From the NCBI GenBank assembly GCA_947626465.1, contig CANQSI010000001.1, positions 17,253 through 81,252 on the forward strand: a stretch of DNA of 64,000 bases, read 5' to 3'. The stretch is from an uncultured Atopobiaceae bacterium (GTDB lineage Bacteria; Actinomycetota; Coriobacteriia; Coriobacteriales; Atopobiaceae). Shown here in pieces: positions 7,348 to 17,949 of the stretch; position 1 is the first letter of the stretch, and every line of letters starts with the position of its first letter. The translations under genes were made by a program, and so were the position numbers. Under the pieces are notes generated by a model, which saw nothing but the letters and a program-made list of their open reading frames with translations, had not been told where the DNA came from and ran no database searches.

Positions 7348-10300
7348 GTGTATCTGAAGACGCTCACCCTCAAGGGCTTCAAATCGTTCCTCGACCGCAC
7401 GCGACTCACCTTCGACCCCGGGCTTTCGGTGGTGGTGGGCCCCAACGGCTCCGGGAAGTCCAACATCTCCGACGCCATCCTCTGGGTGCTCGGCGAGCAG
7501 AGTGCCAAGACGCTCAGGGGCCAGGCGATGGAGGACGTGATCTTCGCGGGCTCCGCGCAGCGCAAGGCCGTGGGGCTCGCCGAGGTGACGATCGTACTCG
7601 ACAATTCGGATCACACCCTCGCCCTCGACTTCTCGGAGATCGCCATCACGCGAAGGATGTATCGCTCGGGCGAGAGCGAGTACCTCGTGAACGGCGCGCA
7701 GGTGCGCCTTCGCGACGTGCGCGACCTGCTCCACGACGTGGGCCTCGGGCGCGACACCCACACGATCATCTCGCAGGGGCGCCTCGGCGAGGTGCTCCAG
7801 AGCCGCCCCGAGGATCGCCGCGCGCTCATCGAGGAAGCGGCGGGCATCGCGAAGCACCGCCAGCGTCGCGAGCGCGCGGAGCGAAAGCTCGCGCGCCTTG
7901 ACGAGGACATCCTTCGCATCCGCTCCTACGCGCGGATGCTTCGCCGCGAGCTCACGCCGCTCGAGCGGCAAGTCGACCAGGCTCGCGCGATGGGGGAGCT
8001 TCGCGAGGAGAAGGCCCTCATCGAAACGACCCTCGCGGTCTCTGAGCTTCGAGGCCTGCAAGGGGAGTGGGAGGCGCTCGGGCGCGAGCGCAGGGAGGCC
8101 GAGGCGGCACGCGAGCTCGCCGCCTACCAGCTGCAGGAGAAGGAGCGCGATCTCGCCAAGATGAAGCGCCTCCTCGAGGAAAAGGGCCTCTTCGTGGGCG
8201 ACCTCGGCGAGCAGCGGCAACGATCGCAGCGAGACCTCGAGAGCATCCTCTCCGGCTTGAAGCTCCTCGAGGAGAAGGGCCACCACCTCGTCGACCGCCT
8301 CTCCGACGCGAGGCTCCAGCTCTCGCAACTCACGCTCGAGGCAGGCGAGGTGGATCGCACGCTCGCCTCGGACGGCGAGGCATTGGCGAGCTGCGAGACT
8401 GCGCTCGACGAATCGAGCGCGAAACTCGCGCGCCTGGGCGCGGAGGACGAGAAGGCGCGGGCCGCCTTCTCCGAGGCGCATGCGGCCCTCGAGGCGGCTC
8501 GTGCGAAGCGCGCACGTGCGGAGCGCACGCGCGATGAGGCTACGCTCGGCCTCGCTGCCCTCGAGCAGGAGCTTCGCGCCGCCGACACGCGGGATCGCCT
8601 CATGGCGGAAAGGCTCGCCGAGCTCGAGCGGGCGCGTGACGAGGCGAGCGCGGCGCTTGAGGCGGCGCATGCCGCCCATGAGAAGGCCGAGGCGCGGCGT
8701 GGGCCCCTCGAGAAGCGCGAGCAGGAGCTCGCCAAGGAGCTCTCGAAGGCGGAGGCTGCCGTGGAGAGGGCGCAGGCCGAGCTTGCCGATGCGCGTGCGG
8801 GGCTTGCGCGCACGGAAACCGAGCTCTCCGAGCTGAATGCCCTCGAGCGCGCGGCAGCCGCCGAGGAACCGCTCCAAAGGGCACTTGGCGATGTGGCTCG
8901 CGACGACGCCCTCGAGGTGCGTCTCGGCGAGCTTCTCGAGATCGACGAGGACTACCAGGAGGCCATCGCCGCCTATCTCGGAGATGATGTCCACGCGTTC
9001 GTGGGACGTGACGAGGCGTCCCTGAAGGCGCTCGTCGAGCGCGCCTGCGGGCTCGAGGAGAAGGGACGCGCGAGCTTCGTGGCGCCTCGAGGCGGGGATG
9101 CGGCCTCGCATGGGCTCCCCGTCCATGCCCAGGATCCCTCGCTCGAGCCGCTTGTCGTCGCCCTCTTCTCGCAGGTGGCCTTCGTAGAGGACGTGTTCTC
9201 GGCACTCGCGCGCCATGATGAGGATCCTCGGGCCGTCTACCTCGGAAAAGACGGATCGGTGATCCTCTCGGACGGGCGCGTGCGCCTCGGCGGCGGACGT
9301 GCCTCGGTGGACCTGTCGCTCTCGAGGAACCGCACGCGCCAGCGCCTCTCAAGGCGTCTTCCCAAGCTCGAGGCGCGTCTCGATGAGGCGATCGTGGCAG
9401 CGGATGCGGCGGGAGGCGAGCTCGAGCGCCTTCGCCGCGACCTCGCCTCCACCACCGACGAACTCGCCGCGATTGCGATCGAGCTCGAGCGCACCGCACG
9501 CGAGGCCGGGCGGGAAGAGGAGGCTTTGGAGCGCTCGCGCGAGGGTATCGCGCGGCTCTCGAGGGAGCGCGAGGAAGCGGCCAGCGAGCTTGCGGAGAGC
9601 CATGAGCGTAGGGCCTCCCTCACGCAAAGGCGAGACGAAGCCGTGGCCATCCTCGAGGAGCTGGCTTCGGGCATGGCCGGCCTCGAGGAGGAAAGGGACC
9701 GTGCGCGAGAGATCGCCGATCGCACGAAGGACGAGCTCGGCGCACTCACGCTCTCGAAGCTTCGCCTCGAGGAGCGCAAGGCGGCCCTTGTGGCATCGCT
9801 CGACGGACAGCGGCGCCGCAAGGCGACCCTCGAGGAGCGACGCGGGAGCGTCCGTTCCTCAGCCGCATCGCTCGATGTGCTCCGGAGGAGGATCGATCCG
9901 CTCCATCGCCTGATGGAAGAGCTCCACCAAGTGGCCCTCGCGAAGGCAACCGTCCTCGTCGATCGCTCGTCGATCGCCGAGGCGGATTCGAAGACGCTTC
10001 GCGAGACGGTGGAAAGGGCCGAGGACGACGCACGTCGCGCACGTGAGGCGGCGGAGGCAACGGCTTCCACGGAGGCCGAGCTCAAGGTGTCTGCGGGTGT
10101 CATCGAGGAGCGCGTACGCCAAGCGACGGAGAGGCTCCGGGAGTTCTCCTCGATGGATCTCGAGGAGGCGCTCTCCCTCCCGGAGCCCGAGGACCGCGAC
10201 GCGCTCATCGCCAAGCTTGCCAAGGTGGAGCGCGACATCGAGAGCATGGGCCCGGTGAACGAAGTGGCGCTAGCGAGCTACGAGCGCGTGAAGGAGCGCC

Positions 10301-10908
10301 TCGAGCGCGTGCGTGCGGCGCTCGACGACCTGCAGGGTGCGCAGGAGGCGCTGAGGAAGATCTCGAATGCGGTCGAGCGCAAGATGCGCGATTCCTACCT
10401 CGAGGCCTTCAAGGATGTGAGCAGGAACTTCACCGATGTCTTCAAGACGCTCTTCGGCGGGGGAGATGCCCGTCTCGAGATGGATGACCCCGCGCATCCG
10501 CTGCAATCGGGCGTGGAGGTGAGCGCGCAGCCGCCTCGCAAGCGCGTGGCCAAGATGTCGCTTCTCTCCGGCGGTGAGCGCTCCCTCACCGCCCTCGCCC
10601 TGCTCTTCGCACTCTACCGCACGAAAACGGTGCCCTTCTACGTGTTCGACGAGGTGGAGCAGGCGCTCGATGACACGAACCTGAACAAGCTCCTCGCCTC
10701 GCTCGACGCGCTCAAGAGCCAAACGCAGCTCATCGTCATCTCACACCAGCGGCGTACCATGGAGAAGGCAGACGTGCTCTACGGCGTGTCGATGGGGGCA
10801 GATGGCGTGTCGCGCGCCGTCTCCCAGCGCATCGCCGACTTCAGGCCGAAGGCGCCCGAGGCACGCGCGCCCGAAGAATCCGAGCTTCCCGCAACGAAGG
10901 GGGCCTAG
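7348..10908 (+). CDS. smc: Chromosome segregation protein SMC
   Basis: 1186 aa with a GTG start. N-terminal Walker A (VVGPNGSGKSNISDA), long coiled coils, a hinge, and a C-terminal signature LSGGERSLTALALLFAL plus Walker B (FYVFDEVEQALD). Confidence 0.95.
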   Translation: MYLKTLTLKGFKSFLDRTRLTFDPGLSVVVGPNGSGKSNISDAILWVLGEQSAKTLRGQAMEDVIFAGSAQRKAVGLAEVTIVLDNSDHTLALDFSEIAITRRMYRSGESEYLVNGAQVRLRDVRDLLHDVGLGRDTHTIISQGRLGEVLQSRPEDRRALIEEAAGIAKHRQRRERAERKLARLDEDILRIRSYARMLRRELTPLERQVDQARAMGELREEKALIETTLAVSELRGLQGEWEALGRERREAEAARELAAYQLQEKERDLAKMKRLLEEKGLFVGDLGEQRQRSQRDLESILSGLKLLEEKGHHLVDRLSDARLQLSQLTLEAGEVDRTLASDGEALASCETALDESSAKLARLGAEDEKARAAFSEAHAALEAARAKRARAERTRDEATLGLAALEQELRAADTRDRLMAERLAELERARDEASAALEAAHAAHEKAEARRGPLEKREQELAKELSKAEAAVERAQAELADARAGLARTETELSELNALERAAAAEEPLQRALGDVARDDALEVRLGELLEIDEDYQEAIAAYLGDDVHAFVGRDEASLKALVERACGLEEKGRASFVAPRGGDAASHGLPVHAQDPSLEPLVVALFSQVAFVEDVFSALARHDEDPRAVYLGKDGSVILSDGRVRLGGGRASVDLSLSRNRTRQRLSRRLPKLEARLDEAIVAADAAGGELERLRRDLASTTDELAAIAIELERTAREAGREEEALERSREGIARLSREREEAASELAESHERRASLTQRRDEAVAILEELASGMAGLEEERDRAREIADRTKDELGALTLSKLRLEERKAALVASLDGQRRRKATLEERRGSVRSSAASLDVLRRRIDPLHRLMEELHQVALAKATVLVDRSSIAEADSKTLRETVERAEDDARRAREAAEATASTEAELKVSAGVIEERVRQATERLREFSSMDLEEALSLPEPEDRDALIAKLAKVERDIESMGPVNEVALASYERVKERLERVRAALDDLQGAQEALRKISNAVERKMRDSYLEAFKDVSRNFTDVFKTLFGGGDARLEMDDPAHPLQSGVEVSAQPPRKRVAKMSLLSGGERSLTALALLFALYRTKTVPFYVFDEVEQALDDTNLNKLLASLDALKSQTQLIVISHQRRTMEKADVLYGVSMGADGVSRAVSQRIADFRPKAPEARAPEESELPATKGA

Positions 10909-10910
10909 CC

Positions 10911-11816
10911 ATGGCGTTCTTGGATCGCCTCAAGAGGGGTCTTTCACGCTCGCGCGAGGCGCTGAACGAGATCTTCTACTTCGGTGGCGAGGTGGACGAG
11001 GACTTCTGGGAAGACCTCGAAGATACGCTCGTCATGGGCGACCTCGGCGCCGAGGTGGCGCTCTCGGTGGTGGACGACCTCCGCGACGAGGCGGCGCGCA
11101 AGGGCCTCTCGACGGATCGCCAGCTGAGGGCCGCGCTCATCAGGCGCCTTGCCGAGGAGTTCACGCCGGCGACGAGCGACCCCTTCGACGCGCGCCCCTC
11201 CTGCGTGCTCTTCGTGGGCATCAACGGCGCGGGAAAGACCACCACCGTGGGCAAGCTCGCCAATGCGGGGAAGCTCGCGGGGGCATCGGTGATCATCGGC
11301 TGCGGCGACACCTTCCGCGCGGCGGCGCTCGAGCAGCTCGAGATCTGGGCGGATCGCGCGAGCGTGCCCATCATCAGCCGTCCGCGTGGGGCCGATCCCG
11401 CGAGCGTGTGCTACGACGTCATCGAACAAGCCGAGAAAATGGGCTCCGACCTCGTGCTCATCGACACCGCAGGGCGCCTCCACACCTCGACGGACCTCAT
11501 GCGCGAGCTCCAGAAGGTGGTGTCGGTGACGCGCAAGCGCGCCCAGATGCCCGTGCACGTGGTGCTCGTGGTGGATGCGACCACCGGCCAAAACGGCCTC
11601 TCGCAGGCCAAGGAGTTCAACGACGCGCTCGAGCTCGACGGACTCATCATCACCAAGCTCGACGGCACCGCCAAGGGCGGCATCGCCGTGGCCATCTCCC
11701 ACACGCTCAAGCTGCCGATCTACCGCATCGGCGTCGGCGAATCGATCGAGGACTTCCAGCGCTTCGACGCGCACGACTTCGCGACGGCGCTCGTGGGGGA
11801 GGGATCCCTCACCTAG
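10911..11816 (+). CDS. ftsY: Signal recognition particle receptor FtsY
   Basis: 301 aa with SRP-GTPase NG-domain motifs GINGAGKTTTVGKLA, DTAGRL and TKLDGTAKGG. Confidence 0.93.
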   Translation: MAFLDRLKRGLSRSREALNEIFYFGGEVDEDFWEDLEDTLVMGDLGAEVALSVVDDLRDEAARKGLSTDRQLRAALIRRLAEEFTPATSDPFDARPSCVLFVGINGAGKTTTVGKLANAGKLAGASVIIGCGDTFRAAALEQLEIWADRASVPIISRPRGADPASVCYDVIEQAEKMGSDLVLIDTAGRLHTSTDLMRELQKVVSVTRKRAQMPVHVVLVVDATTGQNGLSQAKEFNDALELDGLIITKLDGTAKGGIAVAISHTLKLPIYRIGVGESIEDFQRFDAHDFATALVGEGSLT

Positions 11817-11832
11817 CTCGAAAGGACCTTCG

Positions 11833-13254
11833 GTGTTCAACTCTCTCCAGGACCGGCTGCAGGATACGTTCGATCGCCTGAAGGGCAAGGGGCGCCTCAC
11901 CGAGGACGACATCAACGTCGCCATGCGCGAGATCCGCCTCGCGCTTCTCGAGGCCGACGTGAACTTCCGCGTGGTGAAGCGCTTCGTGGCCGCGTGCAAG
12001 GAACGCTGCCTCGCGGCTGACGTGCTCGATTCGCTCACGCCCGCGCAAAACGTCGTGCGCGTGGTGCTCGAGGAGCTCACGCAGCTCCTCGGTTCCACGG
12101 AATCGGCGCTCACGCTCGCTCCGAACCGCCACCCGAACTCGATCATGCTCGTGGGCCTCCAGGGTTCGGGCAAGACGACCGCGGCGGCGAAGCTCGCCTA
12201 CCTCCTGAAGAAGCAGGGCCAAAAGCCCCTCCTCGCCGCGTGCGACGTGTACCGCCCGGCAGCCATCGACCAGCTCGAGACGCTCGGCTCCGAGGTGGGC
12301 GTGCCCGTCTACACGGGAGATCGCACGGATCCCGTGGCCATTGCCAAGGGCGCCATCGCCGCAGCCGCGGACGAGGGCGCGTCGGTCGTCATCATCGACA
12401 CCGCCGGGCGCCTGCAGATCGACGAGGTGATGATGGCCGAGGCCGTGGCCATCAAGAACGCCGTGAAGCCCGACCAGGTGCTCATGGTGGTGGACGCGAT
12501 GGCCGGCCAGGACATCGTGAACGTCGTCTCCGAGTTCGCGGAGAAGACGGACTTCGACGGCGTCATCATGTCGAAGCTCGACGGCGACGCCCGCGGCGGC
12601 GGCGCGCTCTCCGTGCGCGAGGTCACCGGAAAGCCCATCAAATTCGTCTCCACCGGCGAGAAGCCCGACGCGCTTGAGGTCTTCCACCCCGATCGCATGG
12701 CCAAGCGAATCCTCGGCATGGGCGACGTGGTGGGCATCATCGAGCGAGCCGAGGAGCTCGCCGACGCCGAGGCCATGGCGGACGCCGAGCGCATGCTCAA
12801 CGAGGGCTTCACCATGGACGACATGCTGAAGCAGGTGAACACCATCCGGAAGATGGGTGGCCTTGGGAAGATCCTCGCCATGCTCCCCGGAGGCGAGCGC
12901 CTCATGGGGCAGCTTCCGGACGGCATCGACGAAGGCGTGGTGGGACGCATGGAGGCCATGATCTTCTCGATGACGCCCCAGGAGCGCGCGCGGCCGAAGA
13001 TCATCAACGGCATGCGGCGCGCCCGCATCGCGAAGGGCTCGGGCCGCTCGGTGCAAGAGGTGAACCAGCTCATCCGCCAATGGGACGAGATGAACGCGAT
13101 GATGGGCAAGCTGCGCGCGATGCAGAACAACGGCCAGCTTTCGCCCCGCGCCATGAAGCAGATGGCGGCGCAGATGAAAAACCAGGGCGCGCCTGCCGGC
13201 GGCAACCGTGCGCAGAGGCGCATGCAGGCGAGGAAGGGCCGCAAGCGCCGCTAG
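11833..13254 (+). CDS. ffh: Signal recognition particle protein Ffh
   Basis: GTG at 11833. The product starts VFNSLQDRLQDTFDRLKGKGRLTEDDI, with GLQGSGKTTAAAKLA, DTAGRLQ and SKLDGDARGG. A Met-rich M domain and basic tail follow. The listed ORF from 11575 is an upstream extension overlapping ftsY. Confidence 0.93.
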   Translation: MFNSLQDRLQDTFDRLKGKGRLTEDDINVAMREIRLALLEADVNFRVVKRFVAACKERCLAADVLDSLTPAQNVVRVVLEELTQLLGSTESALTLAPNRHPNSIMLVGLQGSGKTTAAAKLAYLLKKQGQKPLLAACDVYRPAAIDQLETLGSEVGVPVYTGDRTDPVAIAKGAIAAAADEGASVVIIDTAGRLQIDEVMMAEAVAIKNAVKPDQVLMVVDAMAGQDIVNVVSEFAEKTDFDGVIMSKLDGDARGGGALSVREVTGKPIKFVSTGEKPDALEVFHPDRMAKRILGMGDVVGIIERAEELADAEAMADAERMLNEGFTMDDMLKQVNTIRKMGGLGKILAMLPGGERLMGQLPDGIDEGVVGRMEAMIFSMTPQERARPKIINGMRRARIAKGSGRSVQEVNQLIRQWDEMNAMMGKLRAMQNNGQLSPRAMKQMAAQMKNQGAPAGGNRAQRRMQARKGRKRR

Positions 13255-13296
13255 AGGGCATAGCGCCACGAGGAGGCGCTCGTGGCGCCATGCCCT
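13255..13296. terminator. Long imperfect palindrome between convergent ffh and the L,D-transpeptidase gene (bidirectional terminator candidate)
   Basis: AGGGCATAGCGCCACGAGG-ag-GCGCTCGTGGCGCCATGCCCT spans the whole 40-nt convergent gap and touches both stop codons. There is no U-tract. Confidence 0.45.
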
Positions 13297-15169
13297 AGTA
13301 GTGGGTGATGACGACGTCGCCCTGGTTCACGATCTTGCAGAGCTCGCCTGCGGCAGACACCGGCAAGTTCACGCAACCATGCGAGCCGTTGTAGAGGTAG
13401 ATCGAACCGCCGAAGGAGCCGCGCCAGTCCGCGTCGTGCAGGCCGATGGAGTTGCCGATGAAGGGCATCCAGTAGCGTACGTAGGACTCGTAGTCCTTCG
13501 TGCCGTCGGGCTTGTAGCCGACGAGCGTCGACGAGGGCGAGGTCTTGTTGAAATTCGAATCGATGTACCACACGCCGGTGGGGGTGTTGTGGCTCTGGGA
13601 GTCGTCGCCCGAGACGCAGGGAGCCTCCCAGATGAGCGAGCCGTCATCGCCGTACATGCGCACGTGCTGTTCGGAGAGGTCGACGTCGATGTAGCGCATG
13701 CCCCAGTCGCGTCCGCCCTCATCCGGCACGGTTTGCGCCGACTGGAGGATCGGCACGTCCACCTCTTGGCTCTTCCCGCTCATCACGGCATCCACCACGA
13801 GTGGCGTGAGCGCCGCTGAATCGATCGACCATCCATACGAGCCGCCGTTGACGCTGATCGTCTTCCCGTCGGCGCGCGTGTAGGTGCGCTCGCGGTTCAC
13901 GGTGTCGAGGCGAGACGAGAGATCGTTCTTGCCCCATTCGGTGATGGCCTCCTGGTTAAGCGTGGGGTTGAGCGAATCGTCGACGACCACCCAGTCCTTC
14001 ACCCGGTCGGGGCCGATGACCTCGGCGGTCTCGCCGTTCATCTTGAGCGTGACCTCGGTGGTGAGGAAGGAATTCGCCTGGTTCTGCGCGGCGAGGAGGC
14101 GCTCGTTGTCGGAGGTTATCTCCGGTTTCGCAAGCGCCGTCTCGTCGAGCACCACCGCGTCGGAGAAGGCGTTGATCGAGCGGGTGACGTCCGAGAGCAC
14201 GGCCCCTTCGTCGAGGAGCGTACCCATCTCCTCGGGCTTCACGACGAACTTGTCCGTGGCGTCGTCGTAGGCGATGGTGGCGTTCACGGGGCTCTTGGCC
14301 TTCTCGTTGAACGTGGACACCTGCTCCTCGACGATGGCGGAGAGCTTCTCCTGGTCGATGCTCTGGCCCGTCTCCGCATCGATATCGCGCGGTGTCCACA
14401 CGCTCACCGGCCATGACCAAGGCTGCGTGGCTTCGATCGCCTTGGCGGCATACGCGTCGCTGTCGAAGCCGAGGCCGATGTCCGCCCCTTCGACGGTGAA
14501 ATTCAGCCCATCGCCACTCACCGCGAGCGAGTAGTCGATGGAGCGCTGCTCGAGTGAATCGATGAGTTCCTGGCGCCCCATGAGCGAGACATCGCGGCCG
14601 TTCACGGTGGTGTTCGGCATGAAGGTGTTGGTGAAGAAGAGCGCAACGCCCACGTAGATGGCGACGAGCGCCGCCGCGCAGCCGCCGACGATGCCCCAGA
14701 CGGCTTTCTTCGAGAGGTGCTTCTTCGGCTCCTTTGGCGCTGCATGGGAAGGGGAGGAGGATGCGGGCAGGGGAGCCACGACGGTCTCGCCTGCGTCCCG
14801 CTCGCCTTCTTCGGCGTGCGCGCTCGTGCTGGCGGGATCGCTTGGAGCGCCATTCGAAGACGCTTCGACCGTGGCGTCGTCTGCGCTTGAGACCTGCGCG
14901 GTTTCTTCGGCGCTCTCGACGGATGGCGCCTGCGCTTCCAAGTCCTCGAGCGAGGCATGCTTCGCGTTCTCTACCTGCTCTTCGGTGAGCGCTTGGAAGC
15001 TCGTGGTCTGCTCAGCTCGGCGTTCCGCCTTGAAGAGGTTCGCCAGAGCTCGCTTGTCCTTCGAACCCTTGGGCGCCATATGCCGAGCTTCGCGGGCCTT
15101 CTTCGCCCCCTTCGCGCGGGGATCGCCAGCGGCTGGCACATCGGCCCCCCTCTTCGGCTCGTCGACCAT
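13295..15169 (-). CDS. L,D-transpeptidase (YkuD domain), membrane-anchored with a long low-complexity N-terminus
   Basis: The C-terminal YkuD catalytic signature is present (IGLHDADWRGSFGGSIYLYNGSHGCVNLP). One TM lies at AVWGIVGGCAAALVAIYVGVALFF. The ATG at 15169 is preceded by a G-rich RBS, and the 31 codons further upstream in the ORF have no support. Confidence 0.85.
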   Translation of the reverse strand: MVDEPKRGADVPAAGDPRAKGAKKAREARHMAPKGSKDKRALANLFKAERRAEQTTSFQALTEEQVENAKHASLEDLEAQAPSVESAEETAQVSSADDATVEASSNGAPSDPASTSAHAEEGERDAGETVVAPLPASSSPSHAAPKEPKKHLSKKAVWGIVGGCAAALVAIYVGVALFFTNTFMPNTTVNGRDVSLMGRQELIDSLEQRSIDYSLAVSGDGLNFTVEGADIGLGFDSDAYAAKAIEATQPWSWPVSVWTPRDIDAETGQSIDQEKLSAIVEEQVSTFNEKAKSPVNATIAYDDATDKFVVKPEEMGTLLDEGAVLSDVTRSINAFSDAVVLDETALAKPEITSDNERLLAAQNQANSFLTTEVTLKMNGETAEVIGPDRVKDWVVVDDSLNPTLNQEAITEWGKNDLSSRLDTVNRERTYTRADGKTISVNGGSYGWSIDSAALTPLVVDAVMSGKSQEVDVPILQSAQTVPDEGGRDWGMRYIDVDLSEQHVRMYGDDGSLIWEAPCVSGDDSQSHNTPTGVWYIDSNFNKTSPSSTLVGYKPDGTKDYESYVRYWMPFIGNSIGLHDADWRGSFGGSIYLYNGSHGCVNLPVSAAGELCKIVNQGDVVITHY

Positions 15170-15303
15170 GGCACCCCCCCCCTCCGAGAAGCATATGAAG
15201 TCTATTCCAAGCAGGGAATGGTAACCGTGCGTGCGCGCCATCCGAAGCGGACGCGCCCGCACTCAAGACATTTCCAAATGAGGTGGAGATGCTGTGGAAG
15301 CTC

Positions 15304-17223
15304 CTAGTCCCCTGAGGGCATGGGAAAGAGGTCGTTGTCCCGCGCGAAGATCCGCATGAATTCCTCGCCGGTGATGGTCTCCTTCACCTGCAGGTAGCGC
15401 GCGAGCTCGTGGAGCTTGAACTGGTTTTCGCGCAGGATGCGGATGGCCGTTTGATGGCAACTCTCCACGATGTCATGCACCACCTGGTCGATGCGCTCGG
15501 CGGTGCCGTCAGCGACGGTGAGCGTGGCGGTGTTGTTGAGGTAGCGGTTCTGCACCTGCCCGAGCGCCACCGGGCCGAATTCGTCCGACATGCCGTACTG
15601 CGTGACCATGTTCCTCGCGAGCTGCGTGGCGCGCTCGATGTCGTTCGCGGCGCCGGTCGTGACGTCGTGGAAGATGATCTCCTCGGCGCTGCGGCCGCCG
15701 CAGAGCACGGCGATCTGGTTCAGTGCCTCGGTCTTCGTGGTGAGGAAGTGCTCATCCTCCTCCACCTGCATCGTGTAGCCGAGGGCTCCCGAGGTGCGCG
15801 GCACGATGGTGATCTTCTGCACCGGAGCCTCGCCGCGCTGGATGGCGGCCACGATGGCATGGCCGATCTCGTGGTAGGCGACGAGCTTCTTCTCCTTTTC
15901 GGAGAGCACGGTGGACTTGCGCTGCTCGCCCGCGATGACGACCTCCACCGATTCCTGGAGGTCTTCCTGCGAGACGCGGTTCCTGCCCATGCGCACCGCG
16001 CGAAGCGCCGCCTCGTTGATGATGTTCGCCAAGTCCGCTCCCGACGCACCGGGCGTGGAGCGCGCGATGACGTCGAGGTCGAGGCCCGGATCCATCTTCA
16101 CGTCGTGGGCGTGGAGCGAGAGGATCGCCTTCCTTCCCGCGAGGTCGGGGAGCTCCACCGGGATGCGGCGATCGAAGCGCCCGGGGCGAAGGAGCGCCGG
16201 GTCGAGGGTGTCGGGGCGGTTCGTGGCGCCGATCACCACGATTCCCTTGTGGTTGTCGAAGCCGTCCATCTCGGTGAGGAGCTGGTTCAGCGTCTGCTCG
16301 CGCTCGTCGTTGGTGGTGAGGCCGGCGTCGCGACGCTTTCCCACCGTGTCGATCTCGTCGATGAACACGATGCAGGGCGCCTTCTCGTTCGCCTGCTTGA
16401 AGAGATCGCGCACCTTCGCGGCGCCGCGTCCCACGAACATCTCCACGAACTCGGAACCGGAGATGGAGAAGAAGGGCACGTGCGCCTCGCCGGCGACGGC
16501 CTTCGCGAGGAGCGTCTTGCCCGTGCCCGGAGGCCCCACGAGGAGCGCGCCACGCGGGAGCTTCGCGCCAATCGCTTCGTAGCGCTGCGGCTTTTCGAGG
16601 AAGCTCACGATCTCGGCGAGGGAATCCTTCGCCTCGTCCTCTCCGGCCACGTCCTTGAAGGTGATGCCCGTCTCGGATTGCGCTACGACCTTCGCGCCGC
16701 TCTTGCCGAAGTTGCCGATGCCGCCTCCGCCGAAGGTCATCGTGGGGTCGTCGCCCATGGACTTCCTGAGCTGGCGGTTCAAGAGCCAGCCGCCACCGAA
16801 GATGAAGAGGAGCGGAAGGCCCCACATCATGAGCAGGTAGACGAGCATGTTCGAGCCCGCGTCGGGAAGCTCGGCGGTGAACGTCACGCCCGCCTTCTCA
16901 AGACGCGCGACGAGGTCGGTGTCGCCGGGGAAGACGTTCGTTTGGAACGTCTTTCCGGCTTCGTCGCCCTTGCCCGTGAAGAGGATGGTCGAGTTGTCGG
17001 TGTTGTATTGCACCTGGTCCACTTCGTGGTCGTCCACCATCGAGATGAAGGTGGAGTAGTCCACGTTTTGCACCTGATTTGCCGTGACGGCGGGATAGAT
17101 GAAGGCCCGAACCGCCACGATGATCGCGATGACGAGGATCACATAGAGGATGATCGACTGTCGCTTCTTCTTTTCGTCCACTGGTCCCCCGCATGATTTG
17201 GGTGCCGTTCTCCAGAACCTCAT
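15304..17223 (-). CDS. ftsH: ATP-dependent zinc metalloprotease FtsH
   Basis: 639 aa. AAA+ motifs GPPGTGKTLLAKAVAGEA and IVFIDEIDTVG, second region of homology, and the zinc site HEIGHAIV. The start is uncertain (ATG 17223 or in-frame GTG 17181). Confidence 0.94.
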   Translation of the reverse strand: MRFWRTAPKSCGGPVDEKKKRQSIILYVILVIAIIVAVRAFIYPAVTANQVQNVDYSTFISMVDDHEVDQVQYNTDNSTILFTGKGDEAGKTFQTNVFPGDTDLVARLEKAGVTFTAELPDAGSNMLVYLLMMWGLPLLFIFGGGWLLNRQLRKSMGDDPTMTFGGGGIGNFGKSGAKVVAQSETGITFKDVAGEDEAKDSLAEIVSFLEKPQRYEAIGAKLPRGALLVGPPGTGKTLLAKAVAGEAHVPFFSISGSEFVEMFVGRGAAKVRDLFKQANEKAPCIVFIDEIDTVGKRRDAGLTTNDEREQTLNQLLTEMDGFDNHKGIVVIGATNRPDTLDPALLRPGRFDRRIPVELPDLAGRKAILSLHAHDVKMDPGLDLDVIARSTPGASGADLANIINEAALRAVRMGRNRVSQEDLQESVEVVIAGEQRKSTVLSEKEKKLVAYHEIGHAIVAAIQRGEAPVQKITIVPRTSGALGYTMQVEEDEHFLTTKTEALNQIAVLCGGRSAEEIIFHDVTTGAANDIERATQLARNMVTQYGMSDEFGPVALGQVQNRYLNNTATLTVADGTAERIDQVVHDIVESCHQTAIRILRENQFKLHELARYLQVKETITGEEFMRIFARDNDLFPMPSGD

Positions 17224-17242
17224 ACCCTATCGCAAGTGTGTC

Positions 17243-17272
17243 ATGACGATGTGGCGTGCACGTTCGTAGAAT
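17243..17272 (+). promoter_or_regulatory. Candidate sigma-70-type promoter for the cyclohydrolase-folD unit
   Basis: ATGACG - 18 nt - TAGAAT in the 81-nt divergent ftsH/cyclohydrolase gap, about 32 nt upstream of ATG 17305. Confidence 0.4.
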
Positions 17273-17304
17273 CGCGGTGACAGTGCGCAGGGAAGGGGCA
17301 CGCC

Positions 17305-17949
17305 ATGGCGGAACGCTCGCAGGTGAAGGCCGAGCAGCTCAAGGAATTCATGGACGCACTCGCATCGAGCGAACCCACCCCGGGAGGCGGCGCATCATCG
17401 GCGGTCGCCGGGGCGCTTGGTTGCGCCCAGGCCCAGATGGTGGCCGCGATCACCGCGAAAAATCCCCGCTACGAGGCAGTGCATGGGGAGATGCGCGAGC
17501 GGTGGGAGCACCTCGGGGGCCTGCGCGTGCGCTTCATGAACCTCGCGGAGGAAGACGCCCGGGGGTATGCCAACGTGGCACGCGCCCTCAAGATGCCGCG
17601 CGAAAGCGTGACCGAGAAGGCCGAGCGCTCGAAGATCCTCGCGGGCGCGCTCGAGGAGGCCTGCCGTGCCCCATTCGAGATGCTCGCATGCGCGGGAGAG
17701 GCGCTCGAGGATCTCGATTGGCTTTCCCGCGAGGGCAGCTCGCTCGCGAAAAGCGACATCATCTGCGCTGCGGCGCTCCTCGAAGCGGCCGCGAACGGTG
17801 CGAGCGCCACGGTGCTCGCAAACACCTCGTGGATGGCAGATACCGAGCTCGCTCGCCGCCTCGAGGCCCTCGAGGCACACCAGCGCGAGCTCGTGCGGCT
17901 CTACAGCGCGGAGATCGGCGCACGCGTGGAGAGGGAGCTTCTCTCGTGA
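17305..17949 (+). CDS. Cyclodeaminase/cyclohydrolase family protein (FTCD_C; methenyl-THF cyclohydrolase-like)
   Basis: 214 aa. The N-terminal motif FMDALASSEPTPGGGASSAVAGALGCAQAQMVAAIT is characteristic of the formiminotransferase-cyclodeaminase C-terminal / FchA family. The stop overlaps the folD start (GTGA). Confidence 0.8.
   Translation: MAERSQVKAEQLKEFMDALASSEPTPGGGASSAVAGALGCAQAQMVAAITAKNPRYEAVHGEMRERWEHLGGLRVRFMNLAEEDARGYANVARALKMPRESVTEKAERSKILAGALEEACRAPFEMLACAGEALEDLDWLSREGSSLAKSDIICAAALLEAAANGASATVLANTSWMADTELARRLEALEAHQRELVRLYSAEIGARVERELLS

Noticed and set aside
15170-15303. The ftsH-to-L,D-transpeptidase spacer with a CCG-CTT-CGG-centred hairpin, as a possible terminator or sRNA.
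   Set aside because: The stem is imperfect and has no U-tract. I found no promoter-like elements, and the region is too short and unremarkable to support an RNA gene.
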